The notes under the pieces were generated by a model. That model saw nothing but the letters and a program-made list of their open reading frames with translations. It ran no database searches and was not told the DNA's origin. From Candidatus Nitrospinota bacterium M3_3B_026 (GTDB lineage: Bacteria; Nitrospinota_A; UBA7883; JBPRGF01): a DNA stretch of 64,000 nucleotides. This document shows positions 32,761 to 42,260 of the stretch, one piece after another; within the stretch, counting starts at the first letter, position 1; every line of letters starts with the position of its first letter. The stretch is from the NCBI GenBank assembly GCA_051418015.1, contig JBPRGF010000033.1, positions 1 through 64,000 on the forward strand, in the 5' to 3' direction. Both the position numbers and the translations under genes were made by a program.

Positions 32761-32818
32761 TGTCATTCTGAGCCGGGTGCGAAAAATCCCGGATCTTTGC
32801 CGGAACGGCATTTTGACA
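32761..32818. repeat. Degenerate REP-like palindromic element
   Basis: TGTCATTCTGAGC...GCGAAAAATCCC...GATCTT...TGACA, with terminal TGTCA/TGACA and an inner TGCCG-GAA-CGGCA hairpin; related to 60933-60967. Confidence 0.45.
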
Positions 32819-32835
32819 GCCTCCCGAAGAACCTG

Positions 32836-33177
32836 CTATACGGCGGCCCCGCCTCTCTCGCCGTTCTCTATGCGGACGGCCTCCTCGACGCTTGACACAT
32901 AGATTTTACCATCACCGCGAAGGCCGGTATGCGCCGCTTCGCTTATGACCGAGACAACTTCCTCGGCCATGTCGCCGCGGCAGACTATCTCTATCTTCAC
33001 GTGGGGGACAAAGTCCTCCAGATCGTCCGCGATCCCGTGACGCTCCCCCTTCCCCCGTGACCTGCCGAAACCCCTGACATCAACCACGCTCATTCCGGTG
33101 AGACCTTCCACCTTGCGCAGGGCCAGCGTCACGGAAGAGAGCTTGTGAGGCTTGATATACGCCTTGATCTCTTTCAC
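32836..33177 (-). CDS. P-II-like protein linked to metal efflux
   Basis: MKEIKAYIKP...VRGFGR...KIEIV...HTGLRGDGKIYV...AVRIENGERG; GTG start after a GGAGGAG RBS; no T-loop Tyr. Confidence 0.9.
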   Translation of the reverse strand: MKEIKAYIKPHKLSSVTLALRKVEGLTGMSVVDVRGFGRSRGKGERHGIADDLEDFVPHVKIEIVCRGDMAEEVVSVISEAAHTGLRGDGKIYVSSVEEAVRIENGERGGAAV

Positions 33178-33190
33178 TTTATCTCCTCCT

Positions 33191-36100
33191 TCAGTTCGAT
33201 ATGGTTTCATCGTCGGGATCGATGGCGAACCACTTGTAGATCGCCGGGATGACCAGCAGCGTCAGGATCGTGGAGGTCACGAGTCCCCCGGTCACCACCG
33301 TGGCCAGCGGCCTTTGAACTTCGCTTCCCGTCCCGGTGGAGAAAAGAAGCGGGATCAGCCCCAGCGCCGTGGTCAGCGCCGTCATGAGCACCGGCCTCAT
33401 CCGCATCAGCGCGCCGCGGACGGAAGCCTCGTCCACGGGGACGCCGTCGCGCAGAAGCTGGTTCAGGAGCGTCACCAGCACCATCCCGTTCTCCAGCGCG
33501 ATCCCGAACAGCGCGATGAAACCCACCGACGACGGGACGGAGAGGTTCTGGCCGGAAATCCACAGCGCCACGACTCCCCCCACCAGCGCCAGCGGTATGT
33601 TGAGCATGATGAGGAACGCGTTTTTGAGCGACTGGAAGCTGGAGAACAGCAACATGAAGACGATAGCCAGCGTGACGGGGATGACGATGGCCAGGCGCCT
33701 GTTCGCTTCCTGCTGGAGGCGGAATTGTCCGCCCCAGGTTGCGAAGTATCCCGGCGGCAGTGAGATCTTTTCGTCTATCACTTTTTTCGCCTCCTCGACG
33801 AATGAGCCGATGTCCCTGCCTGTCACGTTCAGCTGGATGGTTATGAAGCGCTGGTTGTTCTCCCTCGTGATCTGGCGCGGGCCGGTTATCTCCTCCACGT
33901 CCGCGATCTGCGCAAGCGGCACGGGCGCGCCGTCCGGCGCGCGGACGAGTATCCCCTTTATCGCCTCCGCCGTCTCCCGGTAGGGCGCGGCGTACCTGAC
34001 CAGTATGTCGAAGCGGCGTATGCCCTCGAAGACCTCTCCCGCCGTTTCCCCGCCCACGGCGGCGCGGATGACGGACTGGACGTCCGAGATGTTCAGGCCG
34101 TAGCGGGCTATGGCCTGGCGGTCCGCTTTTATCAGAAGCTGCGGCTTGCCGGCCACCTGGTCCGGCTGAACGTCCGCGGCGCCGGAGACTCCCCTGACCA
34201 CGTTGGCTATCTCGCCGGCCTTCTCCTTCAGGGTGTCAAGATCGTCGCCGAAAAGCTTGATGGCAAGCTCGGCTTTTATGCCCGACAGAAGCTCGTCCAC
34301 GGTCATGGCGATCGGCTGCGTGAAATTGGTCAGGACGCCGGGGACATCGCCCAGCTCATCGCGGATGGCTTCCTCCACTTTCTCCTGGTTGTTCGGATAG
34401 CGCCATTTATCTTTCGGCTTCAGCAGGACGAACATCTCCGCGCTGTTCACGGGGTCGGTATGCGCCCCCACCTCGCCGCGGCCGATCCTCGACACAACCC
34501 CCGTGACCTCGGGAACGTTCATGAGGATCTTTTCCACCCGCATGGCCGTTTCGGCGCTTTCCGAAAGCGCGATGGAGGGGGCCATGGTGAGCCGCAGCAC
34601 CAGCGTCCCCTCCTGCAGCGTGGGGGTGAACTCCGACCCCAGCCGCGGGAAGACCATGGCCCCCGCGGCAAGGAGCGCCAGAGCGACGGCCACGGAGGCG
34701 AGGCGCCGCCGGACGAGGAAGCGGATCACAGGCTCATACGGCCGTTTGAGCCAGCGGACCAGGAAAGTATCCCGCGCCTCCTCGTCTCCCTCCCCGCCCG
34801 GTCTTCTCATGAGCAGCTGGGAGAGCACGGGCGCCACGACAAGCGCGAACAGGAGCGAGCCCAGCATCGCCAGGGCTATGGTGTAGGCGAGGGGACGGAA
34901 CGTCTTGCCCTCCACTCCCTGGAGCGTGAACAGCGGCAGGAACACGATGATGATTATGGAAATCGCGAAAACGACCGGCCTTGCTACCTCCACGCAAGCC
35001 CGCGCGATCACGTGTATCCGCGGCTCGCCGGGGCGGGCCTCCCTCAACATGCGCTCCACGTTCTCCACGATGACGATCGTCCCGTCCACCATCATGCCGA
35101 TGGCGATCGCCAGCCCGCCGAAGGACATGAGGTTGGCCGATATCCCGAAAATATACATCCCCTCCATGGCGAAAAGGACGGAGAAGGGGATTGATACCGC
35201 CACCACGAGCCCCGGCCGGAACGCCCCGAAAAAGACCATGAGGACGATCACCACGAGCGCGATTCCCTCCAGCAACGCGTCTCTGACGGTACTGACGCAC
35301 GCCTCCACCAGGGCTTTCTGCTCATAGTACGGGACGACGCGGACGCCGTCGGGCAACATCTTGTTTATCTCGGCGAGTTTTTTCTCCACGCGCCCTATCA
35401 CCGTGGAGGAGTTCGTCCCGAAAAGTTTTATCACCATCCCCGCGACGACCTCCTCGATCCCGTCGCGGGTCTGAGCGCCCCGCCGGACAGCCCCGCCGAT
35501 CCGGATGTCCGCGACATCTTTCAGGAACACCGGCGTTCCGTCCACGGTCTTGATGACGATGTTTTCGATGTCCCCGATGGACGAGGCCAGGCCAACGGAA
35601 CGCACGATGAACTCCTCGGCGTTCTTCTCGATGAACTGCGCGCCGACGTTGAGGTTGTTCTCGCGTATCCTGCCGATCACCTCCCCCAGGGTCACGTCGT
35701 ATCGAAGAAGCGCGCCGGGGTCCACCACCGCGTGGAACTGCTTCTCCCATCCGCCGATGCCGAGGACCTCCGTGACGCCCGGCACGGTCTGCAGGTTGAA
35801 CTTGACGATCCAGTCCTGCATGGTCCGCAGCTCCGTGAGGGAGTATTCGCCGGTAGTGTCGTCGAGGTAGTAAAAAAGAACAAGCCCCATGCCGGTTGAT
35901 ATCGGCCCCATCCGCGGCTCCCCGAAGCCGGGGGGTATCTCCCCGCGGGCTTCCTGGAGCCGCTCGTTGACGAGCTGGCGGGCGAAGTATATATCCATCC
36001 CCTCCTCGAAATAGACGCTCACCACCGACAGGCCGAAGTTGGAGACGGAGCGTATCCGTTCCACTCCCGGCAGGCCGTTCATGGCCGTCTCCACGGGATA

Positions 36101-36295
36101 GGTCACGTATTTTTCCACCTCCTCCGGCGCCAGACCTTCCGTCACGGTGAATATCTGGACAAGGTTGGGGGAGACGTCCGGGAAGGCGTCGATTGGAAGC
36201 TTTGTGTAGCCGTGGTATCCGGCGCCCATGACCATCGCCGCCAGGACGGTCACGAGAAGGCGGTTGCGCAGCGTGAAATGTATTATCCGCTCCAT
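33191..36295 (-). CDS. czcA: Heavy-metal efflux RND permease, CusA/CzcA family
   Basis: LPIDAFPDV, NLMSFGG, PLFTLQGVEGKTFRPLA, RMRPVLMTA, QRPLATVV; 1034 aa. Confidence 0.92.
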   Translation of the reverse strand: MERIIHFTLRNRLLVTVLAAMVMGAGYHGYTKLPIDAFPDVSPNLVQIFTVTEGLAPEEVEKYVTYPVETAMNGLPGVERIRSVSNFGLSVVSVYFEEGMDIYFARQLVNERLQEARGEIPPGFGEPRMGPISTGMGLVLFYYLDDTTGEYSLTELRTMQDWIVKFNLQTVPGVTEVLGIGGWEKQFHAVVDPGALLRYDVTLGEVIGRIRENNLNVGAQFIEKNAEEFIVRSVGLASSIGDIENIVIKTVDGTPVFLKDVADIRIGGAVRRGAQTRDGIEEVVAGMVIKLFGTNSSTVIGRVEKKLAEINKMLPDGVRVVPYYEQKALVEACVSTVRDALLEGIALVVIVLMVFFGAFRPGLVVAVSIPFSVLFAMEGMYIFGISANLMSFGGLAIAIGMMVDGTIVIVENVERMLREARPGEPRIHVIARACVEVARPVVFAISIIIIVFLPLFTLQGVEGKTFRPLAYTIALAMLGSLLFALVVAPVLSQLLMRRPGGEGDEEARDTFLVRWLKRPYEPVIRFLVRRRLASVAVALALLAAGAMVFPRLGSEFTPTLQEGTLVLRLTMAPSIALSESAETAMRVEKILMNVPEVTGVVSRIGRGEVGAHTDPVNSAEMFVLLKPKDKWRYPNNQEKVEEAIRDELGDVPGVLTNFTQPIAMTVDELLSGIKAELAIKLFGDDLDTLKEKAGEIANVVRGVSGAADVQPDQVAGKPQLLIKADRQAIARYGLNISDVQSVIRAAVGGETAGEVFEGIRRFDILVRYAAPYRETAEAIKGILVRAPDGAPVPLAQIADVEEITGPRQITRENNQRFITIQLNVTGRDIGSFVEEAKKVIDEKISLPPGYFATWGGQFRLQQEANRRLAIVIPVTLAIVFMLLFSSFQSLKNAFLIMLNIPLALVGGVVALWISGQNLSVPSSVGFIALFGIALENGMVLVTLLNQLLRDGVPVDEASVRGALMRMRPVLMTALTTALGLIPLLFSTGTGSEVQRPLATVVTGGLVTSTILTLLVIPAIYKWFAIDPDDETISN

Positions 36296-36308
36296 CGCTC
36301 GTCCTCCC

Positions 36309-37574
36309 TTAATGATGGTGCCCGGATTCGAACCCTCCCTTGGAGAGCTGGGCCTTGATGGTGAACGAGCCTTTCGCGGCGTACCTTTCCCCCGCGGCGA
36401 GGCCGGATTCTATCTCCACGTTCTTTTTGTCCTCGCGCCCCATGACAACCGGCCTTGGCTCAAAACCTTCCGGCGTCTCGACGAACACGACCGTCTTCCC
36501 CTCGAAGGTCTGGAGGGCCGTCTTTGGAACGAGGACTGGAACATCCGCCTCGCTTGCGGCTATTTTGCCGCTTATGAACAGCCCCGGCCGCAGGTCGCCA
36601 TCCTCGTTGGGCAGAACGACGCGGGCCAGGGCCGTTCGGGTCTTCTCCCCCACCACGGGGCCGACGTAGGAGATTATCCCTTCCCTGTCCGGGACGCCGG
36701 CGCCTGCGGAGATGACCACCTTCGCCCCCTCACGTACATACGGGAGGTCTCTCTGGTAAACACTTAAGTCAACCCATACGCGGCTCAGGTCCGCGACAAC
36801 GAAGATGTCCGCGTCGCTTTTCACCGCCTCGCCGACGGCCACGTGTTTGTGTATCACCACTCCACCGAAAGGGGCGGTTATCTCGTAGCGGGTGAGGCTT
36901 CTTTCGGGCAGGGAAGGAAGGCGTTGTGTGTATTCCTCCGAAAAGCCGAGGGCGCGAAGCTTCCTCTCCGCCGACCGCAGCTCGATCCTCGCCTCCGCCA
37001 GGGCCTGCTTCGCGTTCAGGTAGTCCTGCTCCGAGGTGACTTTTTTCTTCCACAGCCCCTCCTCCCTGGCGTAATTCGCCTCCGCCAGGGCAAGCTTCTC
37101 CCGGGCCGCGAGGCAGGCCGCGTTCGCGTCGGAAAGCTCGCGGCTTTCTATTACCGCCATCACCTCGCCGGTCTCTACCCTGTCCCCCAGGCTTTTTCTG
37201 ACTTTGCGGACGACACCTGCCACACGCGGGACGACGTGGGCCAGCCGGTCCGCGTTCACCCTGATCTCGCCCGGCAGCGACACGTGTTTCTCAATCTTCC
37301 CGGGGCCCGCGATGGAGACCTCGATCCCGAATCGTTTTATCTGCTCCCGTGTCAAGAGGACCACCTCTTCGCCGTGTCCGCCGCCCTCGACCCTGGCGGC
37401 CTTGCCTTCATCATGCCCGCCGTGGTCTTCGTGTCCCTGGTGTTCTTCCGGCTCATGGTCTTTTTCCACCATGCCGGACAGGTAATCTCCCGCCTTCTCG
37501 CAGGAAACCGAGCCAACCATCATCGCGGCCGCCATGAAGGGGGCGATGATTTTCACGCTGAAAGATTTGATCAT
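36309..37574 (-). CDS. czcB: RND periplasmic adaptor, CzcB family
   Basis: Lipoprotein-like signal, His-rich N-terminus, membrane-fusion-protein motifs (VADLSRVWV, LRPGLF), C-terminal HHH. Confidence 0.9.
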   Translation of the reverse strand: MIKSFSVKIIAPFMAAAMMVGSVSCEKAGDYLSGMVEKDHEPEEHQGHEDHGGHDEGKAARVEGGGHGEEVVLLTREQIKRFGIEVSIAGPGKIEKHVSLPGEIRVNADRLAHVVPRVAGVVRKVRKSLGDRVETGEVMAVIESRELSDANAACLAAREKLALAEANYAREEGLWKKKVTSEQDYLNAKQALAEARIELRSAERKLRALGFSEEYTQRLPSLPERSLTRYEITAPFGGVVIHKHVAVGEAVKSDADIFVVADLSRVWVDLSVYQRDLPYVREGAKVVISAGAGVPDREGIISYVGPVVGEKTRTALARVVLPNEDGDLRPGLFISGKIAASEADVPVLVPKTALQTFEGKTVVFVETPEGFEPRPVVMGREDKKNVEIESGLAAGERYAAKGSFTIKAQLSKGGFESGHHH

Positions 37575-38977
37575 CGAAGCTCTCCTTGCTTTTCCATGTC
37601 CGCGGGCGCCGCCTCATCGAGAGGCGACGCCGTCAGCCGTTCCACCTCCGCCGCGGCCTTGTGATACACCGCGAGGGCGTTTATGTAATCTTTCCGCACG
37701 TCGAACAGCGTGCGTTGCGCGTTCAGGACCCCCAGGTAGCCGAACTTCCCCTGGCGATAGCCTTCGCTGGCAGCGTCGAAGGCCGCCTCGGCGCCGGGAA
37801 TGATTTCATCCTTGTATGCCTTCGCCTCCTCGAAAGCCGCCGCAAGATCGCGGTACGCCGACGCCAGCGCCGCCCGGACGCCCGCCACGGCCGCGGCTTT
37901 CTCCTCTTTCGCCCTGGAAAGGTTGAACCTGGCTTCCAGGTATCCCCCCTGGTTGCGGTCGAAAATTGGTATCGGCATGGACACCCCGGCGACGAAGGCG
38001 GAATCGCCCGTCTCCTCGAAACGCCTGGCGCCGCCCTCCAGTGTCAAGTCGGGTATTCTTTTCGCCTCGGCGAGGTCGACCGCCGCCTTATGGCGCTCCA
38101 TCTCCACGTCCCACCTGGCTATCGCCGGGTTGCGGTGGATGATCTTCGCCAGCAGATCCTCGGATGGTATGCTCCTTACGGCGCGCAGGCTCCCTTCTAC
38201 CTTTCCGAAAAGCGCCTTCGCGCCTCCCCACATCGAAGCCAGGCGTGTTCGCGAGGCGGCGAGAGCTTTCTCCGCCGCGCCCAGGTTTTTTTCGCTTATG
38301 GAAAGCTCCACCCGCGCCTTGATCCTGTCCACCGGCGGCGCCTTCCCGGCGGCGACGCGCTCCGACGCGGCTTCAAACGCCTGCTCCGCGATCCGCCGCG
38401 CTCTCTTCGCAAGCGCCAGCCGCTCCTGGGCGGCGAGGGTGTCCACGAAGGCTCTGGTCACCTTCGCGAGTGTCTCTATACGCGCCGCTTCGTAGTCCCA
38501 CATGGCGACCCCACGCTCGAAAGCGGCCAGCCTGGCCCGCTTCTGGCGCTTCCCGGCCAGCTCTATCAGCTGGCTCAGCCGCAGTGTCGTCTCCGCGCTC
38601 CCCGATTCACGAAACGGGCCGCTCCCGCCGATGTTCTCCACCTCGGCCGATGCCTCGGGGTTGGGCAAAAGACCCGCTTGCAGCGCATGCGCCTCTTTGG
38701 CGCGGATGTCCCAGGCGAAAGCGCGGAGCTCTGGGTTCCCTGTCAGGGCGAGGGAGAGCGCGTCCCGCAGGGTTATGACGCCCGCTGGGTTTTCCACGGA
38801 CCCGGCGTCCTCCGCGGCGCCTGTCTCTTCCGGCGGGCGAGCGGGGGCCGTGTACGCGGGAATATCCCTTCCAAGCGCCATTTCGGGCGGGCTCGCTGTC
38901 CGCGCTCCGGGGGACGCGCAACCGGCGGCCGCCAGGGCGCAAAACATGAGCAAGCTTCCGGTACGAATAAAGTTCAT
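37571..38977 (-). CDS. czcC: TolC-family outer-membrane efflux protein, CzcC-like
   Basis: Lipobox AAGC, GLLPNP, SQLIELAGKR, PIFDRNQG, YRQGK...LNAQRTL. Confidence 0.9.
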   Translation of the reverse strand: MNFIRTGSLLMFCALAAAGCASPGARTASPPEMALGRDIPAYTAPARPPEETGAAEDAGSVENPAGVITLRDALSLALTGNPELRAFAWDIRAKEAHALQAGLLPNPEASAEVENIGGSGPFRESGSAETTLRLSQLIELAGKRQKRARLAAFERGVAMWDYEAARIETLAKVTRAFVDTLAAQERLALAKRARRIAEQAFEAASERVAAGKAPPVDRIKARVELSISEKNLGAAEKALAASRTRLASMWGGAKALFGKVEGSLRAVRSIPSEDLLAKIIHRNPAIARWDVEMERHKAAVDLAEAKRIPDLTLEGGARRFEETGDSAFVAGVSMPIPIFDRNQGGYLEARFNLSRAKEEKAAAVAGVRAALASAYRDLAAAFEEAKAYKDEIIPGAEAAFDAASEGYRQGKFGYLGVLNAQRTLFDVRKDYINALAVYHKAAAEVERLTASPLDEAAPADMEKQGELR

Positions 38978-39067
38978 CTGTCACCTGTCACGGATCAATC
39001 GTTGTAGAACAAAAACATGGCGCCATGGCCCAGGGCCCGGAGGCGCCGGAATCTCAGGCCGTGGCGT

Positions 39068-39499
39068 TCAGATGAGAAGGACTACGGAGCGAAGGGACTC
39101 TGGGAATTGACGGACGGGTTTAGCGGGCGCGGGCGGGACGGTCCGGCGGGCGGCGGGTTGTTCTATCGCCCTGGCGGAAGGAGCCGCTCCGGAGAGGCGC
39201 TCCGTGTCCGCAAGCTGGCGCTCCGGCCTGGAGCTTGAGGGAAAAAGTCCGGAAGGGCTGATGAAAACGGGGATGTCCAGGCACGGCCCATGGCCGGGAT
39301 GATCGGCGGTGGAGGAGTATGACTCGCTGGGAGCGGGGCGCTCGCATAAACCGTTTCTCGCCGTCTCAAGAGCCACGGCGCCACCGTTTTCGAAACAGAT
39401 CACGGCCCCTTCCATCCCTCCCGAGCCCACGAGGACGGACGAATAGATCATCATCCACATCAGCAACAGCCTATGGGGTGAATTTCCTTTTTTCAGCAT
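39068..39499 (-). CDS. Small exported Cys/His protein heading the czc block (CzcI-like position)
   Basis: Hydrophobic N-terminal segment, VICF..GG...E, C...HPGHGPCLDIP, C-terminal LRSVVLLI; co-oriented upstream of czcC. The start could be 39538. Confidence 0.55.
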   Translation of the reverse strand: MLKKGNSPHRLLLMWMMIYSSVLVGSGGMEGAVICFENGGAVALETARNGLCERPAPSESYSSTADHPGHGPCLDIPVFISPSGLFPSSSRPERQLADTERLSGAAPSARAIEQPAARRTVPPAPAKPVRQFPESLRSVVLLI

Positions 39500-39632
39500 A
39501 TTCGTCGTGGCCGATGATCCCTTGTTTCGAATTACCATACCCCATCTCGGCGATGGGCCGCAAGCTCCCGCGATGGACGGGCCGCCCCGGGGTTGTATAA
39601 TGATCCGCGAAATATCGAGCGGGGGACAAAGG

Positions 39633-39818
39633 ATGAAGTTTCTGCTGACCGTGCTGGGCGTTGTGATGATAGTCGAGGGAATCCCCTACTTCACCATGCC
39701 GGAGAGGGTCAAACAGGTCGCGGCGTTCATCATGGACGCCGAGCCGCGGGTTTTAAGGATCATCGGCCTTTCGCTGATGGTCCTCGGTCTTGTCATCGTC
39801 GCGGTCACGCGGGCATGA
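39633..39818 (+). CDS. DUF2065 family small membrane protein
   Basis: LGVVMIVEGIPYFTMP...LRIIGL; 61 aa. Confidence 0.8.
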   Translation: MKFLLTVLGVVMIVEGIPYFTMPERVKQVAAFIMDAEPRVLRIIGLSLMVLGLVIVAVTRA

Positions 39819-40714
39819 TGTCATGGGCCGGCTGTTTTGTGACGGCTTTTCTCCTGACGCTGCTTGCGGCGCAGCTTTTTCTATACGCCCTCCGCTGGTA
39901 CGAGATACAAAGCAGGGGAGGGGGGCCGGACGCGCTCTGGACAAAAGCCGTCTGGGCCGAAAAAGCACGTCCTCTACGCTCCTTCGTCAAGGAGTATCTT
40001 TATTCCATCCTGTACATTTTTACGTATATAGCCGGATACCTCGCGCCGCCTTTTCTTTTCAGAAAACCTTCGCCCGATCTTTCACGGGTCGAGGCCGGGC
40101 GCCCGGTGACCGTCCTCATCCACGGCTACATGGCCAGGCCGTGGATGTTCTGGCTGATGCGGCTACGGCTGCGCCTCAGGGGCGTCCCCAACGTGGTGAC
40201 CTTCGGCTACCGCTCCCGCGGCGCCGGGCCGGGCGAGCTGGCCGAGAAGCTCCGCGATTTTATGCTGAAAGTCCGCGCTGAGACCGGGATCAACGAGGTG
40301 ATCCTCGTGGGCCACAGCCTGGGCGGGCTGATCGCCCACGAGTACGCCAAAAAGCACGGCGCCGGCGGGGACGTGAAGGCCGTGGTGGCGATGGCCGCGC
40401 CTTTCCGCGGGTCAAGGCTCTCGGCGCTGGCCGTCACCTCCCTTGGCCGCTCCCTGGGGCCGGACAACCCGATATTCCCGGAGATCATCAGGACGAAGGT
40501 CAACGCGCCCTTTGTTTCCATATATTCAAGGTATGACCAGTTCGTCCTGCCATACACGAACAGCCATCATCCCCGCGCCGATGAGAACGTGGAGATCGCC
40601 GCGCCCGGGCATTCGGGCTTTTACTTCGACGGCGCCGTTTTCAGGGCCGCGGCGGACTGGATCCAGAAAGCGGCGGGCGAGGACGCAAGGCCGGGAGAGG
40701 ATGGCGCTGGATGA
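39815..40714 (+). CDS. Membrane-anchored alpha/beta hydrolase (lipase/esterase-like)
   Basis: LIHGY, GHSLGG nucleophile elbow, PFRGS, D...P, GH; ATGA overlap with DUF2065. Confidence 0.85.
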   Translation: MMSWAGCFVTAFLLTLLAAQLFLYALRWYEIQSRGGGPDALWTKAVWAEKARPLRSFVKEYLYSILYIFTYIAGYLAPPFLFRKPSPDLSRVEAGRPVTVLIHGYMARPWMFWLMRLRLRLRGVPNVVTFGYRSRGAGPGELAEKLRDFMLKVRAETGINEVILVGHSLGGLIAHEYAKKHGAGGDVKAVVAMAAPFRGSRLSALAVTSLGRSLGPDNPIFPEIIRTKVNAPFVSIYSRYDQFVLPYTNSHHPRADENVEIAAPGHSGFYFDGAVFRAAADWIQKAAGEDARPGEDGAG

Positions 40715-40772
40715 AACCTCTTTCTCTGGTATAATCACAGCATAACCTGTGTCAACCCGGCGGCTGTTCCCC

Positions 40773-41120
40773 ATGAAACTGGTCAGGTGTTTTATCAGGC
40801 CGGAGAGCCTGGACAAGGTTCGCGAAAAACTTTTCGAGATAGGCGCTCCCGGTCTGTCGGTCATGGAGGCCAGGGGAATCGGCAAACCCCTCAGCCAGAT
40901 GACCACGGAGGAGGGAGGAGAGCCGAGGCCCATCCCCCAGTTCCGTGACAGGCTCCTTGTGGAGGTGGTGGCCGCCGACGCCGACGCCGACGAGATAGCC
41001 CGCGCCCTGGCGGATGAGCTCAGGACTGGCCGGTTTGGCGACGGCAAGATATTCATACTGACCGTGGACGAGTCCATCAGGGTCCGCACGGGGCAGACCG
41101 GCGCAGACTCCCTCTATTGA
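40773..41120 (+). CDS. P-II family protein (atypical T-loop)
   Basis: MKLVRCFIRP, RGIGK, RTGRFGDGKIFI, RVRTG. Confidence 0.88.
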   Translation: MKLVRCFIRPESLDKVREKLFEIGAPGLSVMEARGIGKPLSQMTTEEGGEPRPIPQFRDRLLVEVVAADADADEIARALADELRTGRFGDGKIFILTVDESIRVRTGQTGADSLY

Positions 41121-41899
41121 TGGCGGAGACCTGGCGGCTGATCGGCGATGAGCCCCTGCCCGGCGGCTGGAACATGGCCGCCGACTTCGCCATCCTGCGC
41201 GCCGCCGAGGAAGACGCCGCGCCGCCGACCTTGAGGTTTTACGGGTGGAGCCGCTCAACCCTGTCCATCGGCTTCAGGCAGGACGCGCGCAGGGACCTTG
41301 ACATGAGCCGCATCCGGCAAAGCGGCGTCTCGGTCGTCCGCCGCCCAACGGGGGGGAGGGCCATCCTCCACCATGACGAGGTGACCTACGCCGTGATCCT
41401 GCCCGTGTCGTCATCTTTTTACGGCCCGCTCCGGAGCGTGTACAGCGCCGTCTCGGCGGCTTTGCGGGAGGCGCTGGAGAGCCTGGGGACGCCGTTGGAT
41501 CCTGCGGCGGGCCGTCGAGGCGGCTTCAGAAACCCTTGCTGCTTCGCCTCCCGGACGCCCTACGAGATATCGAGCCGCGGCAGGAAGGTTGTGGGCAGCG
41601 CGCAGCGAAGACTCAAAAGAGCCGCCCTGCAGCATGGCTCCATCGTCCTGTCCCAGGACGCGGAGCGTCTCGTTTCGCTTTTGAAATGGGACGGGATGGA
41701 CGACAGGGAGAGAACCCTTGCGGCCCTGGGTGGGATCAATGACAACGGAGCCGGGGTGAGCGTGGACGCGATCCGCCGCGCCGTGACAAGCGCCTTTGAG
41801 AGGATGTATGGTATAGAGTTCGGGGAGGGCGGACTGACGGATAGTGAAAAAAAGCTCGCCGAAAACACGATAGAGGATTTTACGGTGGAGGGGGTATGA
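41117..41899 (+). CDS. Lipoate-protein ligase family (LipM-like octanoyltransferase)
   Basis: NMAAD, PTLRFYGW, RRPTGGRAILH, CF, KVVGSAQ, LQHGS. Confidence 0.88.
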   Translation: MMAETWRLIGDEPLPGGWNMAADFAILRAAEEDAAPPTLRFYGWSRSTLSIGFRQDARRDLDMSRIRQSGVSVVRRPTGGRAILHHDEVTYAVILPVSSSFYGPLRSVYSAVSAALREALESLGTPLDPAAGRRGGFRNPCCFASRTPYEISSRGRKVVGSAQRRLKRAALQHGSIVLSQDAERLVSLLKWDGMDDRERTLAALGGINDNGAGVSVDAIRRAVTSAFERMYGIEFGEGGLTDSEKKLAENTIEDFTVEGV

Positions 41900-42222
41900 G
41901 AAATTCAGTGATTATCGCGGGGCTGACTTTTGCCCTCGCCGCGGGGTGCGTCTCCACGGGGCGCGACTTCAACGTGGCGCAGGTCTCCCGGATCGAGAGG
42001 AACAAGACCACGCAGTCGCATATACAGTTGTGGTTCGGCTATCCATACATGACCGGCGTGGACGACGGCGACGAGGCGTGGACCTACAACTTCACGAAGG
42101 TGTCCGCCTCCGGCCAGACCCTGACGAAGACTCTCTACATAATCTTCGACGACAACAGCGTTGTGAAAAGCTACACCTTCTCCACGAGCTTCCCCGAGGA
42201 AATGTCGGTCCCGCGGCGGTAG
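41896..42222 (+). CDS. BamE/SmpA-OmlA-like lipoprotein
   Basis: Lipobox AAGC, TT...I..WFG.P, WTY, L.I.FD...VV. Confidence 0.7.
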   Translation: MRNSVIIAGLTFALAAGCVSTGRDFNVAQVSRIERNKTTQSHIQLWFGYPYMTGVDDGDEAWTYNFTKVSASGQTLTKTLYIIFDDNSVVKSYTFSTSFPEEMSVPRR

Positions 42223-42260
42223 ACGGGAGGGGAGAAAACGGACACGGGCGGCGCGGGAGC

